Source of the DNA: Sphagnum compactum
Taxonomy: Eukaryota
Direction: 5' to 3'
Assembly: GCA_965153455.1 (NCBI GenBank)
Contig: OZ234493.1
Location: 22,620,213 to 22,684,212 of the forward strand
Length of the DNA: 64,000 bases
Positions 49,044-61,248 of this stretch are shown here, piece after piece; positions within the stretch are counted from its first letter, which is position 1; each line of letters begins with the position of its first letter. Under the pieces are notes generated by a model. It had not been told where the DNA came from. It was given only the letters and a program-made list of their open reading frames with translations, and searched no databases. The translations under genes and the position numbers were made by a program.

Positions 49044-52000
49044 ACTGGGAACCCGTCCTTCCACCTTCCACCTTCTTCTATGGCACACTTACTTAGTGCT
49101 ACAACGATGCGCCGACTGCAAAAGTCCCTAACCAAACAAAAAACTCTCCGGCGTTAATCCGATCAGACCACACACCACGCTTTTATCTCCTCCCCAGAGC
49201 AACAGCACCGACCTCCGGAAGCCACTTTGCAAACAACAGAAAGAGAAACGAGCGATCAAACAAGCTCCTCAAGAGAAGGAGAGAAAAGACCGCTCGCTCG
49301 CTAGCGCGCGCACGCGGAACCCTAATTCTGCCCTAATTTCCGACACCCTCTCGTCCCTGTTAAGCAGGTACACGTTTCCGGACGTAATTAGGTATTTTAA
49401 TTTAAAACTACTAATATTTCTTTATTTATTTCTTGGCTCTCAAAGTCTAGCCTCTCCTTTGTAAGGGAGAGGATAAGGATATTTATTTATTTAATTATTT
49501 ACTTATTTATAAGGAAACTATGTAACTCAACTAGGTAGTGTAAGCTTGTTTTCCATGGGGAACTTGCAATGTGCCCAAAAGTTCCTTGGGGAACATGATT
49601 TATCCTAAGCAATTGGGGAACATATGGAAACCATGTTTGTTCCCCAAGAATGACCATCCTTCCCTTTCAAATGAAAATCATAAATGACAAAGATTTCTAT
49701 TCTCAAACTATTTGAACCCAAGACTTCCCACTTGGAATGGAAATGATCAACCAATCTACCACATCATTTAATTTACAAAAATGTAAAAAATCCCAACCAT
49801 ACTTAACACAATCATCATAATTGAGGGATACAATAAAAATATTAATTGAAGATTTTTATTTTTATTTTATTTTTTTGCTAGGCATCCCTACAAGCATGCA
49901 TATTTCTTGCATTGAAGATTGAAATACACTTAATCCATTACACATGTTTAGTGCTTGCTAGCTTTCACTTGGTCTCACATTTCGAGGATTGTTCACCTTT
50001 AGGGTTTTTTCTTTCCATTTTGTGATATCATAATTTTGAAAAAAAATTCCAAAATCTTAGCAAATTTAGTCAAATTTGAAACTAAAAAACATAATTTTCC
50101 AAAATTTTCACGATTGTTTTTTGAGAAAATGTCGAAACTTGTTGGAAAAAATCATTATTCACCTTGTGTTATTATGAATTGTGAATTCATGTTTAAGGGA
50201 TATTTCATGGACAATTTCTTGTTCAAAATATATATTGTTGGTTTGAAGTTTGAACCCATGTTGGCCCATTCTTTTCTATGTTTTCATAATCGAAGGGGGC
50301 AAGGTCTTTAGAAAAATAGGGTATCAATGATTGAATCTTCAAATTTTTGAGATTTGTTTATGATCAATTTGTTTGTTCAAACAATACACATAGTTAGCAC
50401 AAAAAAAATTGGATTTTTTAAAAAGAAATACTTACTCACTTATTTTGAACAAGAGTCAAATTTAGAATATTCAACTTGAAAATCATCTATGATAATGTCA
50501 AGGTGGGTTTTTGTATTAAAAATTTGTACTAGGTCTAAGAATACTAATGTTATAGCATTACATCACACTTCAAATAACATGAAAATGGATTTTGAATCTT
50601 GACAAATGTTGGTATGTTTTTTTATTTTAATGGGAACCTTTAGTCCCAATTTTGAAATTTTTTAGAACTTTGGATAGAACATTTGTTCTAATCCTAAGAT
50701 TGGTTTTTTAGATTTCTAAAAGCTTTGGTTCCTTTTTTTTTTACAAAATTAGATCCTAGTATGATTTAAAGCAAAATCATTTCCATTACACACAACTAAA
50801 TATAAATTTCTTTGTATATTATTAATTCATCCACTCAATCCCCATATTCCAAGGGAAAAGTTATGTCTTATTAATTATGCACAACCAATTAAAAGTAATT
50901 ACTTGCATACAAAATAAGGTTAGGATATTAAAGTTATCCATAAAATGACCTTCCATTTGGGCCCTTCTTTCATACCCCAACCCCTTTTTCATCCTTTAAA
51001 CATTGCCATCCACAAAAATAATAATTTTTTATGGAATTCAGAATTAAATACACGAAGTTTGAAAATATTTACAATTGCAAAACACATAATAATAACAATG
51101 ATTTAAAATATTTAAAATTACAATACACACAATAACATCATTGATTGGTTGAAAAAATCAAGAAAAAAATGATAGGGTGAAATTTAGATTAACATCAAAT
51201 TTGATGTTAATATGAGTTTCAATCTTGTTTAAGCCTAATGGCTTTTTTTCATTATTTTTTAGAAATTTCACCCCCTTTATGACCAAAAAAAGGGGCGATG
51301 GTGCTATGTTCTCTTCATTTTATAATTAATTTTATTATTTTCTAAATGAAAAGTTATATTGATTTACCTAAAGAATTTAAACATGTAGAAAAAAGGACCA
51401 CACCTTTGGTTCGAGGGTTCTACTACAATTTATTTTTTAAAAATTTGATCACCTAGTCTAATTCCAATGGTGGTTCCAACAAAACATTGAACCACTAATG
51501 TGAATTCCTTGAAACCTAACTTAGAACTTGGACTTGAAAAATGCATAAATCAAGAACTTGTCACGATTGGTTTAAACTAATGTTGGTTAATCCTTCTTTT
51601 TTCATAATTGAAAAGGCAAGGTCTTTGGAAATTATATTATTTTTATCCAACAAAGGGTACCAAATAATCAAATTTTGAATTTTTTGAAACCTTTTGAACA
51701 TCAATTTATTTGGTTAAACAATACCCATAGTTACTAAATTCTCTAGTTATGTTTCTCAAATGCCCACCTATTATACATGAAGGTTGGTTTTGAAATACCT
51801 AACCTAATAACCACCTTATATAGTGTGAAGGTAAATTTTTTTAATTCAAAGTTTTATTATTGAAAGATTCAAAATCTCGTGGGGATCAAACATGGAAGTT
51901 TTGGGACAAATGGATAAGTACAAGTCAAAAAAAAAATTCATCAAGCAAATTACCCAAACCAATGTATTGATTTCAATTTTTATTGCATCTTTACAATACA

Positions 52001-55000
52001 CATACTAGGCAAATGAAATTCCCATCTAGTTTTTAACCAATTTCAAATCCAATAGCTTAGTTATAAATAACCTACCTTTGAACTTTTATTGACAACTTAG
52101 ACATTTTCTTGATTTAATTAGCCAATATTTGGTTTGAACTTGTCATAAAGGGCAATTGTTCTTAATTTGAATATGTTGAAGCAATTGTTTCTAGTTTGAA
52201 TCTTGTTTCTAGACAATTTTTTTAGTTTGGAATGTTAAACTTAGGGGGTTCATGTTGAAATAGCCTTTTGGTGGAATTGGCACAAAAACTAAAACTTTTT
52301 GCTAGAACCAAAAGTTAAACCAAAACTAGAACCTTGAAAAATATTCATGAACATATATGTTCAAGTTTTTACATAGGCAAGTGGATTTTCTTTTGAAAAA
52401 TTGACAACTAGATTGAATTTTTATAACTGATTGATTGACATTTATTAGTTATAAAACTTTTGCACTTATACAATCATCAATTTTATTTTGTTGTAAAACT
52501 CTATGCCTGTACAATTTCCAATCTTGAAAAGTGTGTAGTGTATGAAGGAAATTGGACTCGAATTTTCAAGTAGGCTTTCAAATTCTTGAATTTGAAAAAA
52601 AATGCGCCAAAATTGGAATTGAAAGGTTTAGAAATTGAAGAAACAAGTTCATACACACACTTGAAAAACCTAGTACAAAAAAATTAATGTGAAAATCAAG
52701 AACAAAGGTTCTTTAAAGAAAAACCAACCAACATTGGCTTGAATTGGCCATAAAGCACAAAACCATTATGTAGTCAACCACTTGTTTTTATTGTTTGGAA
52801 AAAAAAAAAAAAAAAAGTTTTATTCAAGGAAGGGTTATTTAAATTATTTTTTTCTCATTTTTTCCAAGTAAGGTGAATGCACCATGTGCTTCTAGTGGGA
52901 TTCCATGGTGACATGTTTGCTTTTCTACTAATGAATCCAATTAGTTGTGCAAATAATATTTAGCTTTAAAAGTGGCTATGTGAAGTAGTCTATGTTCACA
53001 ATGAATGTTTTAATATGTTTAGGTGGCTTTTTTCATGCTAAAGTATATGGGGTTACTAAATGCAATATAAAGTAAAACAAGGGGCAACAAAAGGCTTGAA
53101 CATGAAATCTTTTGTGATTATCAAATAATGTCAATAATAGTGTAAAAAATAAAGTCATCACAATTCATATCACTATTTTTATCAAAGTTCATTCTTTAAA
53201 ATCAAACACCTATGTTTTTGCACAACTTGCATTTTAAAATTGTTTTGAAATGAGAAATTAAAATGATGTATACCATCTTGAAATGAATAATTTTAGAAGA
53301 AAAAAATAGTTTATCATTCTTATCGTGCACACCACCTTTTATTTCATGTTGTTTTATGTCATAATATGTTATCATATTACAATGTTCAAACACATCATTG
53401 TGATGCACAAGTAGAGTTAAAATTGGATCCATAATCATTGACCTTAAAAATATATATAGGACTCTCACTTTAGAATTTGAGAGTTTTTAATTTTGAAATA
53501 ACAAAAATGCCCAAATTAAAGACATTATTCAATTGGATTCTTACACAAAACACATTGTTAGAAATTTGTGTGTAACAAGAATCACATGTTCCAACCTTAC
53601 ATTTGTTAAAACTAAATGACTTGAATGGGTTTGTCATAGCCATGCAATCAAAATGTCAAGTAATTAGTTAGTCACCCTTCCTCTACCATGTTTGACAACC
53701 TTAATTTGAATATCATTTTGTGAGATGACATAGGCATTGTTATGTCAGTAATGGTGGTGTGAACAATAGTGGTGATGTTTAGGCTAATGCTAACAATGAT
53801 ATTATCAAATTAACTTTATGAGATGTTACCTCATCTTATTATGTCATCATTTAGAGATTAGACATAATTGGAGCTATTGGATTACTTGCGATGCAATTAA
53901 CCAACAAATGCACCATAGGTTTAATGTTTTTTAAACAACTCTTGAGTTGTCCGATGCATAGGTAATTTACATGAGTCAAAACATGAGTTGAAGCCAAAAT
54001 TTGAACATATGGAATTGATTGCACAATGTTATTACAATTATTCATTCCACAAGATATTCACATAAATGATTAACGACATTGTTATTTATCAAGGAAAATT
54101 TTATTTTTTTTCACAATGTTCAATTGAAATTTGTTTTGCCAACAATTGTTGGACTTTAACATTACCACATGCATATTGAAGTCTTTTAGCCTTTTTAAAC
54201 ATGAGAGTAAACAAATTCCCATTCACTTTTGTGATAAAACAACAAAGAATTAAAAATAAAATAAAATTCCAGAAGCGATTGCAAAATCAAGTTATGCAAA
54301 GATGGACAATCAATTTCAAACTCCACCCACATTATAACCACTAATGGTGATTGTTAATAATAAAAGGGAAGCCTTCAATGGTCAGGTTATAATCTTCAAT
54401 ACAGGACCATGACACACCTAGGTGCACAAGATATTGTAGTGGTACATTCAAGTTCCTTACTATTAGTGCCAAAATTTGACCTTACTCTACTCTACACAAT
54501 GAAACAACATTGAATTTGTCACTATGTTTATAGCTACATAAGAAAAACCTAACAAAATAAAAAATCATTAAATAAATAAAAGGTTCACATGGACAATGTT
54601 CATAACCAAGAGTTGTGATAGAAGCATGGTTCTTTTGTTTGTCATTGAAAACTCAATTGTCATTTTCTAGGTGCAAACAATTATAAGTCTGCTATGGCCA
54701 ACAATTGTCCCTTTGTAATTAATGATCCCTTATCAATGCTTGAATTTACACACACACTCACAACAATTCCATTCAACATGACTCCATGAAAGAATATCTT
54801 GTAATTAAGCAAATTAATCAAGAACTTTTTCTTTTCAAAATAAATTTGTTGTTCAAAAGTTCAATGAATGATGAAACATATTGTTTGGTTTCATGATGAA
54901 TAGTAGATGGTCAATGGATACAAAATTGTCACCGTATTCTTCCACCTACCATCCAATGTGTTGTAAAGCTTTAACAAACAACCATGTTTTCCTTCTTTGA

Positions 55001-57324
55001 TTAACATTTAACCTACATCTTACAAATAACAAATCAAGATAGATATTAAAAGAATGAACATTTGTCACAAATAAATGTTTAGATGTGTTTTAATCAATAG
55101 TGTTTTTTAGCTCCTTTTGGTAACTAATGATATACAATGCATGTAAAGAAGCTTTTAAAGACTTTGAATTAACATAAAATGTTTTTATTAAAGGAAATAT
55201 AAAGGATACAAAAGATTGCACTTGACCAACCTATTGACAACCCTACACATTTGCAACATTCAAGTTCTCAAGCTTTGAATCAACAAAAAAAACTAGAGAA
55301 AAGTGATTGCACATTGAAAAAAAATGAATGTTGAATTTTGTATTCAAAAATTCCCATTTCCAGCATTTTGCTGTTGCAACTTTCGCCACTCCATTTTTCC
55401 AAGAAACCAAACATCCTTGATACAACATTAATGCGACCTTAATTTACATTAGAACTTAGTTGAAGGGGAGTTCTACATCTTGAAACAATAGATGCCATAA
55501 CAGAAATTTTGAAAATCACACATTTTATAATGCACTATATGTGCATCTTCATGTAGTTCATATTTGATATCTACTTAAAAGAAATTTTTGTCAAATCAAT
55601 ATTCCAAGCAAATAGGGATGTTTTGGATGGATTGTATGTGTTTAGGATAGAACAGCCCATCACCGATCATTAACTTATCACCGATCACTTTGGCAAATCT
55701 TTCTCAATTCTTCTCCACTTTGAGTGATTTAAAATGTTATAGGTATGCATTCTCAAGCTCTACAAATCATAAAGCCAAACAAGCAGCCAAAAGAGAGCAA
55801 TAAAAAAAATACGTTTTTTCGAATTACAAAATGCATTTTTTTTTTTCCTTCATTTTGACCCCTCCTATTTCACCAGTGCATAACTTTCTCATTTTTTATT
55901 CAAATTGAACAATTTAAACTGCTTTGAAATCGCCATCTTAAGCTCGTCTTCTAACTTTAAAAGCAACAAAATAATATTTAAGGATTTTTTGAGGGGATTG
56001 AAAATAGCCTATGACCTATTTGGTTCAATTTTTTTGTAAAAAGACCCCCCTTACTTACTTCGAGGGGCTGTAATTTTCTCGCCTCCAATTCATTTTTGGA
56101 GATTTTTAGTGTGATAGATGCACCATGAAAAGGCTCCATCTACTCTTTGGACACCATAAACAATGGGGCCCTCCTACAAAAACGATGAGCAAACTCTACC
56201 TTAAGTGATCGTTCATGGGCTATTCTACCTTAATCAATCCAACAAATCAAGGTGCCAAAAACACAAAGATATATGATGTTGCAACTTGTGCTTTGTGTCA
56301 TTGTGCATTATTAATGATGGTCAACTAGTCAACTAATAAAAAAATGAATTGATTTCAATGTGAAAATTAAAGGCTCATTTTGAAATGAAAATATGAATGA
56401 CATTGCATGCAAATTCAAATTCAAATTCTTAAATTAAATTCATATACATTAAATTGAATTCAACAATTGGATTAAGATTCAATTGAATTGAACTCAAGTT
56501 CAACAAGAAAGAAGTGAAATGCGAATTATTGGCAAATCTATTGAAAATCTACTTGTGAATATGGTGTTAACCTTTAATAAGACACAATTTTGAAAAGGTA
56601 CTTTACCATTTCTCTTTACTTGAGAATAGGCTAAACATATTCTAGTTCAGATCTATTGAAATGACAATTATAACTTACAAAATTTAAAATTATCTTACCT
56701 AAACCAACTCAAATGATTCATTGTGATTAGGATCATTAAGGAGAAATGTGGAAAGATTTGCCTATATTTTTAGATAAAATTATGGGTAAGGACTTAGGAA
56801 ATGTCTTTTCTTTGCTTTTGGTTAATTTCAATCAAAATTGAGCAAATCGATGTGTTTGACAAGCAAATCAATGACAATCTATTCAATCATCACATCCTAA
56901 TAACAACACCATGAAAGCAATATATTGGGAATTCACAATCAAGTTGCAACCCATGAAAAGGTCTTCACATACAATGGCCAACTTATGGGCTCATCTATCG
57001 TCCCATTTCCCTATGAAAAGTGGATCATCCCAACTTGCTCAAGTTCATGCACCTTCGCTTCCCAAAACTTTCCAAGGCTACCTACCTACCTTTGTTTTTC
57101 CATTCACTAGGAGAAAGTACTAACAACTTCCCTAGGGAGGCCCCAACCACACACTTTCTTCAAGTACATTGCTTGTCTTTTGTTAAAGAAGTGAAATCAA
57201 CTTTCTTGGATTTCCACCCATTCAGTAGTTTTTCCAAATGTTGTTCTCAGAAAATTGCATTGAACTTCCTCATGTTTTCTCCCACCGCAATTTTTTTGAA
57301 AACTATGAAACCATTAACATAAAT

Positions 57325-57346
57325 GGTTTAGGGTTTAGGGTTTAGG
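57325..57346 (+). repeat. Short interstitial telomeric tract (TTTAGGG)~3
   Basis: ggtttagggtttagggtttagg. Confidence 0.8.
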
Positions 57347-57757
57347 ATGATGCAAATAAAAGTAAAGCTTCAAATCTGGTATTTTTCATGCCTCACGTGG
57401 CCTTTTTTTGCATCATTCCCTCAAAACTAGTGAGGGATCATGACTACAATGCATACAAAGTGGATGCCATGCTACGATTTTGTGATAATTGTGACACTAG
57501 GATGATTAGCATAATCTATGTGGAATGGGGTGTGGCATTCGCTTGATCTCCAATTGTGGATACCCAATGCCATTCGGGTTGAGTTTGTGTGTGGCAAATG
57601 CCCATTCACTGCCAAGCAGGTTTGCTGGTCCATCAAGGCTTAAAATGGCGAGGGACACGACAAAGGAAGAAAATGGGGCTTTCGTTACAAACTAGAAACA
57701 ATTTCATCGAAGGATTGATCATCCCATGACCCAATGTGCTCTTTAACTCCCATGACA

Positions 57758-59977
57758 TCATTTTCTTAGTTTTATCTCTACAAGCTCAATTGAAGCTCCA
57801 TTCACTAAAGACCTCTTTGAAGTAGGTAAGATTTCGAGTGCATTGATAAGTCTTGTACATTGTAAACCCCATTTGGCCATCAAATATTCCATTGAACGAT
57901 GCCCACTACATGCAAAAGATAACACAAAAGTCTCATTAGAAAACCCCCATCTAGTGTCTCAGAATGTGTAGTTCATTAGCAACCAAAACAATACAACAAG
58001 CAAAAGGTTGAAGGAGACAAGAGAACATGGATTGCAAAGTTCTAAGAGTACAGGTTTCGGGTTAAGGTGTTGGAAGAAGCTCTCACCTACGGCGTTGATA
58101 TGTGGTGATGAAAACAGAATCTTCCATGTCTTGCAACAGGAATTTCACTGTTGCAAATAGGTCATCAAAATCTGCACATCCATCTGATCAACAGTGAATT
58201 CCAAGTAGTGGAAAAGCAACATGCAGTTCCATATAAACCTGTCCTAAAAAACAGAAATAAATTAGATCATGAGACGCAGAGTTTTTGGAATTGCTTGCAG
58301 TGTGCTCCTCAAGCGCTAACAGACATTGAAGACCCCTTGTCTTCTCACTAGGAAAGCAACCCTCCCATCCTGAGAACAAACCTCTGAGTGATGGATAGGA
58401 GAACGGACCTCTACCCTCATAAAGTACATCAGCACCCAATATGATCTGAGAAGGTCGTCGCAGAGTGAAAGAAGTGGCATCCCATTGACCCCATGTAAGA
58501 CCTTGAATCTACAGAATCCAGAATTTGGGGCTTTGTTATCAAGCAAATCAGAGCTCTATCTCAACTCTCAGCTGAAACACACAAACAGTTTGCATCTCTG
58601 ATCGAATTCTAGTATCCAAATCAGAAGCATGTGTGCTGAAATCTCAAAGAGTTAGAAGCATACCACACATTCTACTTGGTTTAAATTGCATGTCCTCTTC
58701 ATGTTCTCTAAAACCTTGCGCACATCACAGCCAACCCAACAATCACTTCTTGCCACAGAACAGCACCGATTTGATGACAACGACAAACATGCTGCGGCTT
58801 AGGCAAGAACAGATACCTGAGGTTGATCATCACTGTCTGTCAAGATCACCAAAGCTCCGACTTTTGCTGCCACTATTCCAGGCAATGCAGTCCCTGCACC
58901 CAACTGCTAATCATGCATCAGACTCTGTAATTTAGGTCCATATTCCCCTCCACATCACAACCATTTCACAGAGAAAATGTAGGGTTTACCATGTGTTCCA
59001 GGTTCCTCTTTATCAGGGGGATTACAGCTAGTTAGGCTGCAATTGTGCAAGAAGTCTACTGGGAAAAAACTCATAAACGGCAAAAAGAAGACAATGATGA
59101 GCAGAGAGAGAATCAAAAGAGCAGGAGTCTGCAATCAGGACAGGGGGAAGTTTTTGCAACCACACCTCAAGCACAAAAGCTCCATGAAACCGTTCCCAAT
59201 TCTGCCAAACGTACTCAGCCAACACAATGCTGCACGGCCACACATATAGACCATAATCCTTTTGCATCACCTGCAGCCCCGATTCCAGAATGAGCTGAGC
59301 TGTGGCTTGTACACCTGGTTTTTCTCTAGCTGCGATTGGGAAGAAGCTCGGGCTTTCTTTTCCACTAGCTCAAACCCAGGTGTAATTGCAGTGCTGCTCA
59401 ATGAGATGGCTTCCACAAGATCTGCTCCGAGGTCATGATGATGGGTTTTCCATGTGCTGCTTCCCACATATTTCTGGAGACATTTCATTTGTAGTCTCTC
59501 CTCTGAATGTGACAGATGTGTGGGGGAGGGGAAGGACTGGATTCAGGGGCCTTGCAAGCATGCAGATAAGTGAATTCAACTTGTGAATTCTTAGCAACTG
59601 AAAAAAGAATGTGCATAACAACTCTTGCAGATTGCTATAGAGAGGCAATTGTTGCAGATACAAAAGAAAATGAATTTGTCTGCACTTGTTCCATTGCTGT
59701 CAAGCTCAATGTTCCTTCAAAGATGTATTCAAAGCAAGCGGCACCCCACCCACATTGCAGATAGATACAAAAGCAGCAATGCTGCTGCCAAGGAACAGTA
59801 GTAGGACAGAAATTTTACTTCGCAAATGGAGACAGAGAGGCGATCAGAACCATGGGAGGAAGAGGAGGAGGAGCGTCGAAACTGATGCTCGGAAACTGTC
59901 GTCATCTCCTCCCTCTCTCTCTTTTTCTTCTTCTTCTTCTTCTGCTCCTCTTCTGCCACCGCCATTTCCATCTGCAT
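57758..59977 (-). CDS. METTL23: METTL23-like seven-beta-strand methyltransferase (Methyltransf_16 family), 7 exons
   Basis: Exons 59819-59977 (the start could be a downstream ATG, e.g. 59905), 59166-59270, 58817-58903, 58664-58714, 58409-58508, 58087-58171, 57758-57905. Motifs YGLYVWPCSIVLAEYVW, VLELGAGTALPG (SAM binding), ILTD, GLTWG, ILGADVLY, FDDLFATV, FITTYQRRSGH. Confidence 0.9.
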
Positions 59978-60390
59978 CTTCACTCAGAAAGCAACTCACA
60001 AACCAAGAAATTTTTTTCTTCCCTCCGCAAGCTCCAAGTTTCTAAACCAAGTAACACACCCCTGATGACGACGATGACGACCAGACACAAGACCCAGCTC
60101 GCAAATTAGGTTAAGTCTCTACTTTGGACACATGGGTCCTTTCATTCTGGGCACGATCGACCCACTACAGACCGCTTTTGATCCAGGAACCCAATTCTGC
60201 TGCAATCGAGAATCCCTCACGGTGGGTGAAAGAAAATCGCGGATGGGATGAAATTTCACATCCCACCCACAAGCATTTCTTCTTCTTCTTCGCTTTCTTG
60301 AGGGCGTCAGGATGATGATGGGTCCTCATAAAAAGGCGAAGCTTCATCGCTGATCGCAGATTTGAACCCTTTGGTGAAAAAGCTTGGACA

Positions 60391-60393
<3 letters not shown>

Positions 60394-60428
<35 letters not shown>
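60394..60428. repeat. (CT)n microsatellite in the divergent METTL23/F-box intergenic region
   Basis: About 17 CT units, directly visible. Confidence 0.9.
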
Positions 60429-60429
<1 letters not shown>

Positions 60430-61248
60430 AAAGATGCTACTTTCCAGAGACGACAAGCAAAATCAATTCTTTGTCGCAAGGGATAATGGGGGCCCAAGGT
60501 GTTTGTAAGTGGTAGGTCTTCTTCTTCCTTCTCTTGCTCTTCTTCTTTTCTCTCTCTCTTTGAATCCTTGGTTTGCCCCTTTGATAGTTTGTTCTGTTTT
60601 TCCTCCTGTGTGTGTGTTTCTGACCTGTTATTGATTCATTAAGAAATCGGCTTTGCTTTGCTCTCTTCCACGTGTTGTTGATGGTAGCGTTTGTTAGTGC
60701 TTTTTGAGCTTATGTCGGTCTTCCGATCAAGGTCGGTCTTCCCTTGCTGCTAGGGTTGAGACTGGAGACACGGGCCAAGAGTCTGAGTGCTTGCTGTGGT
60801 TTCTGATCAGTTGAGTATCAAAGCATTTGGGGGGGGCAAGAGCTCAGTTTTTCTTCAAAGCTGGTCTTTCTGGGGATGATGAAGTTGTGTTTCTGAGATG
60901 CAAAATCAAGCACTCTTGATAGACTGGAAGTTTTGTGTTGCTCCTGCAGCTGTTGCTATTGCCCTCAGGTTTCCATCCCAAGTGTGTACCCGAAGCTGTG
61001 GTGTTAAGGGTTCAATCAAAGCAGTGCCAACAAGCTGGAAGCTTTGACTGTACACAGTCTGTATTAGTCCTTTGGCTAAGGATTTGGAAAGGGGTGCACA
61101 GATGGTGGTATAAGCTTGGAATTCTCCACAAATCTGATATAGTAGAAGCTGGAGTTTGGTGATGCCAATCTGCTATAGAAGCTGGAGTATGATGATGTAA
61201 TTTGGTGTTGACATATTCTTTCCAGACACAGCGACACGATCAGATTCA

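Noticed and set aside
49044-49092. GTG-initiated N-terminal extension of SF3B1, or a 47-nt 5' UTR intron
   Set aside because: SF3B1-like sequence starts at the ATGs at 49043/49034; the apparent gtaagt...cag intron is too short to call without reads.
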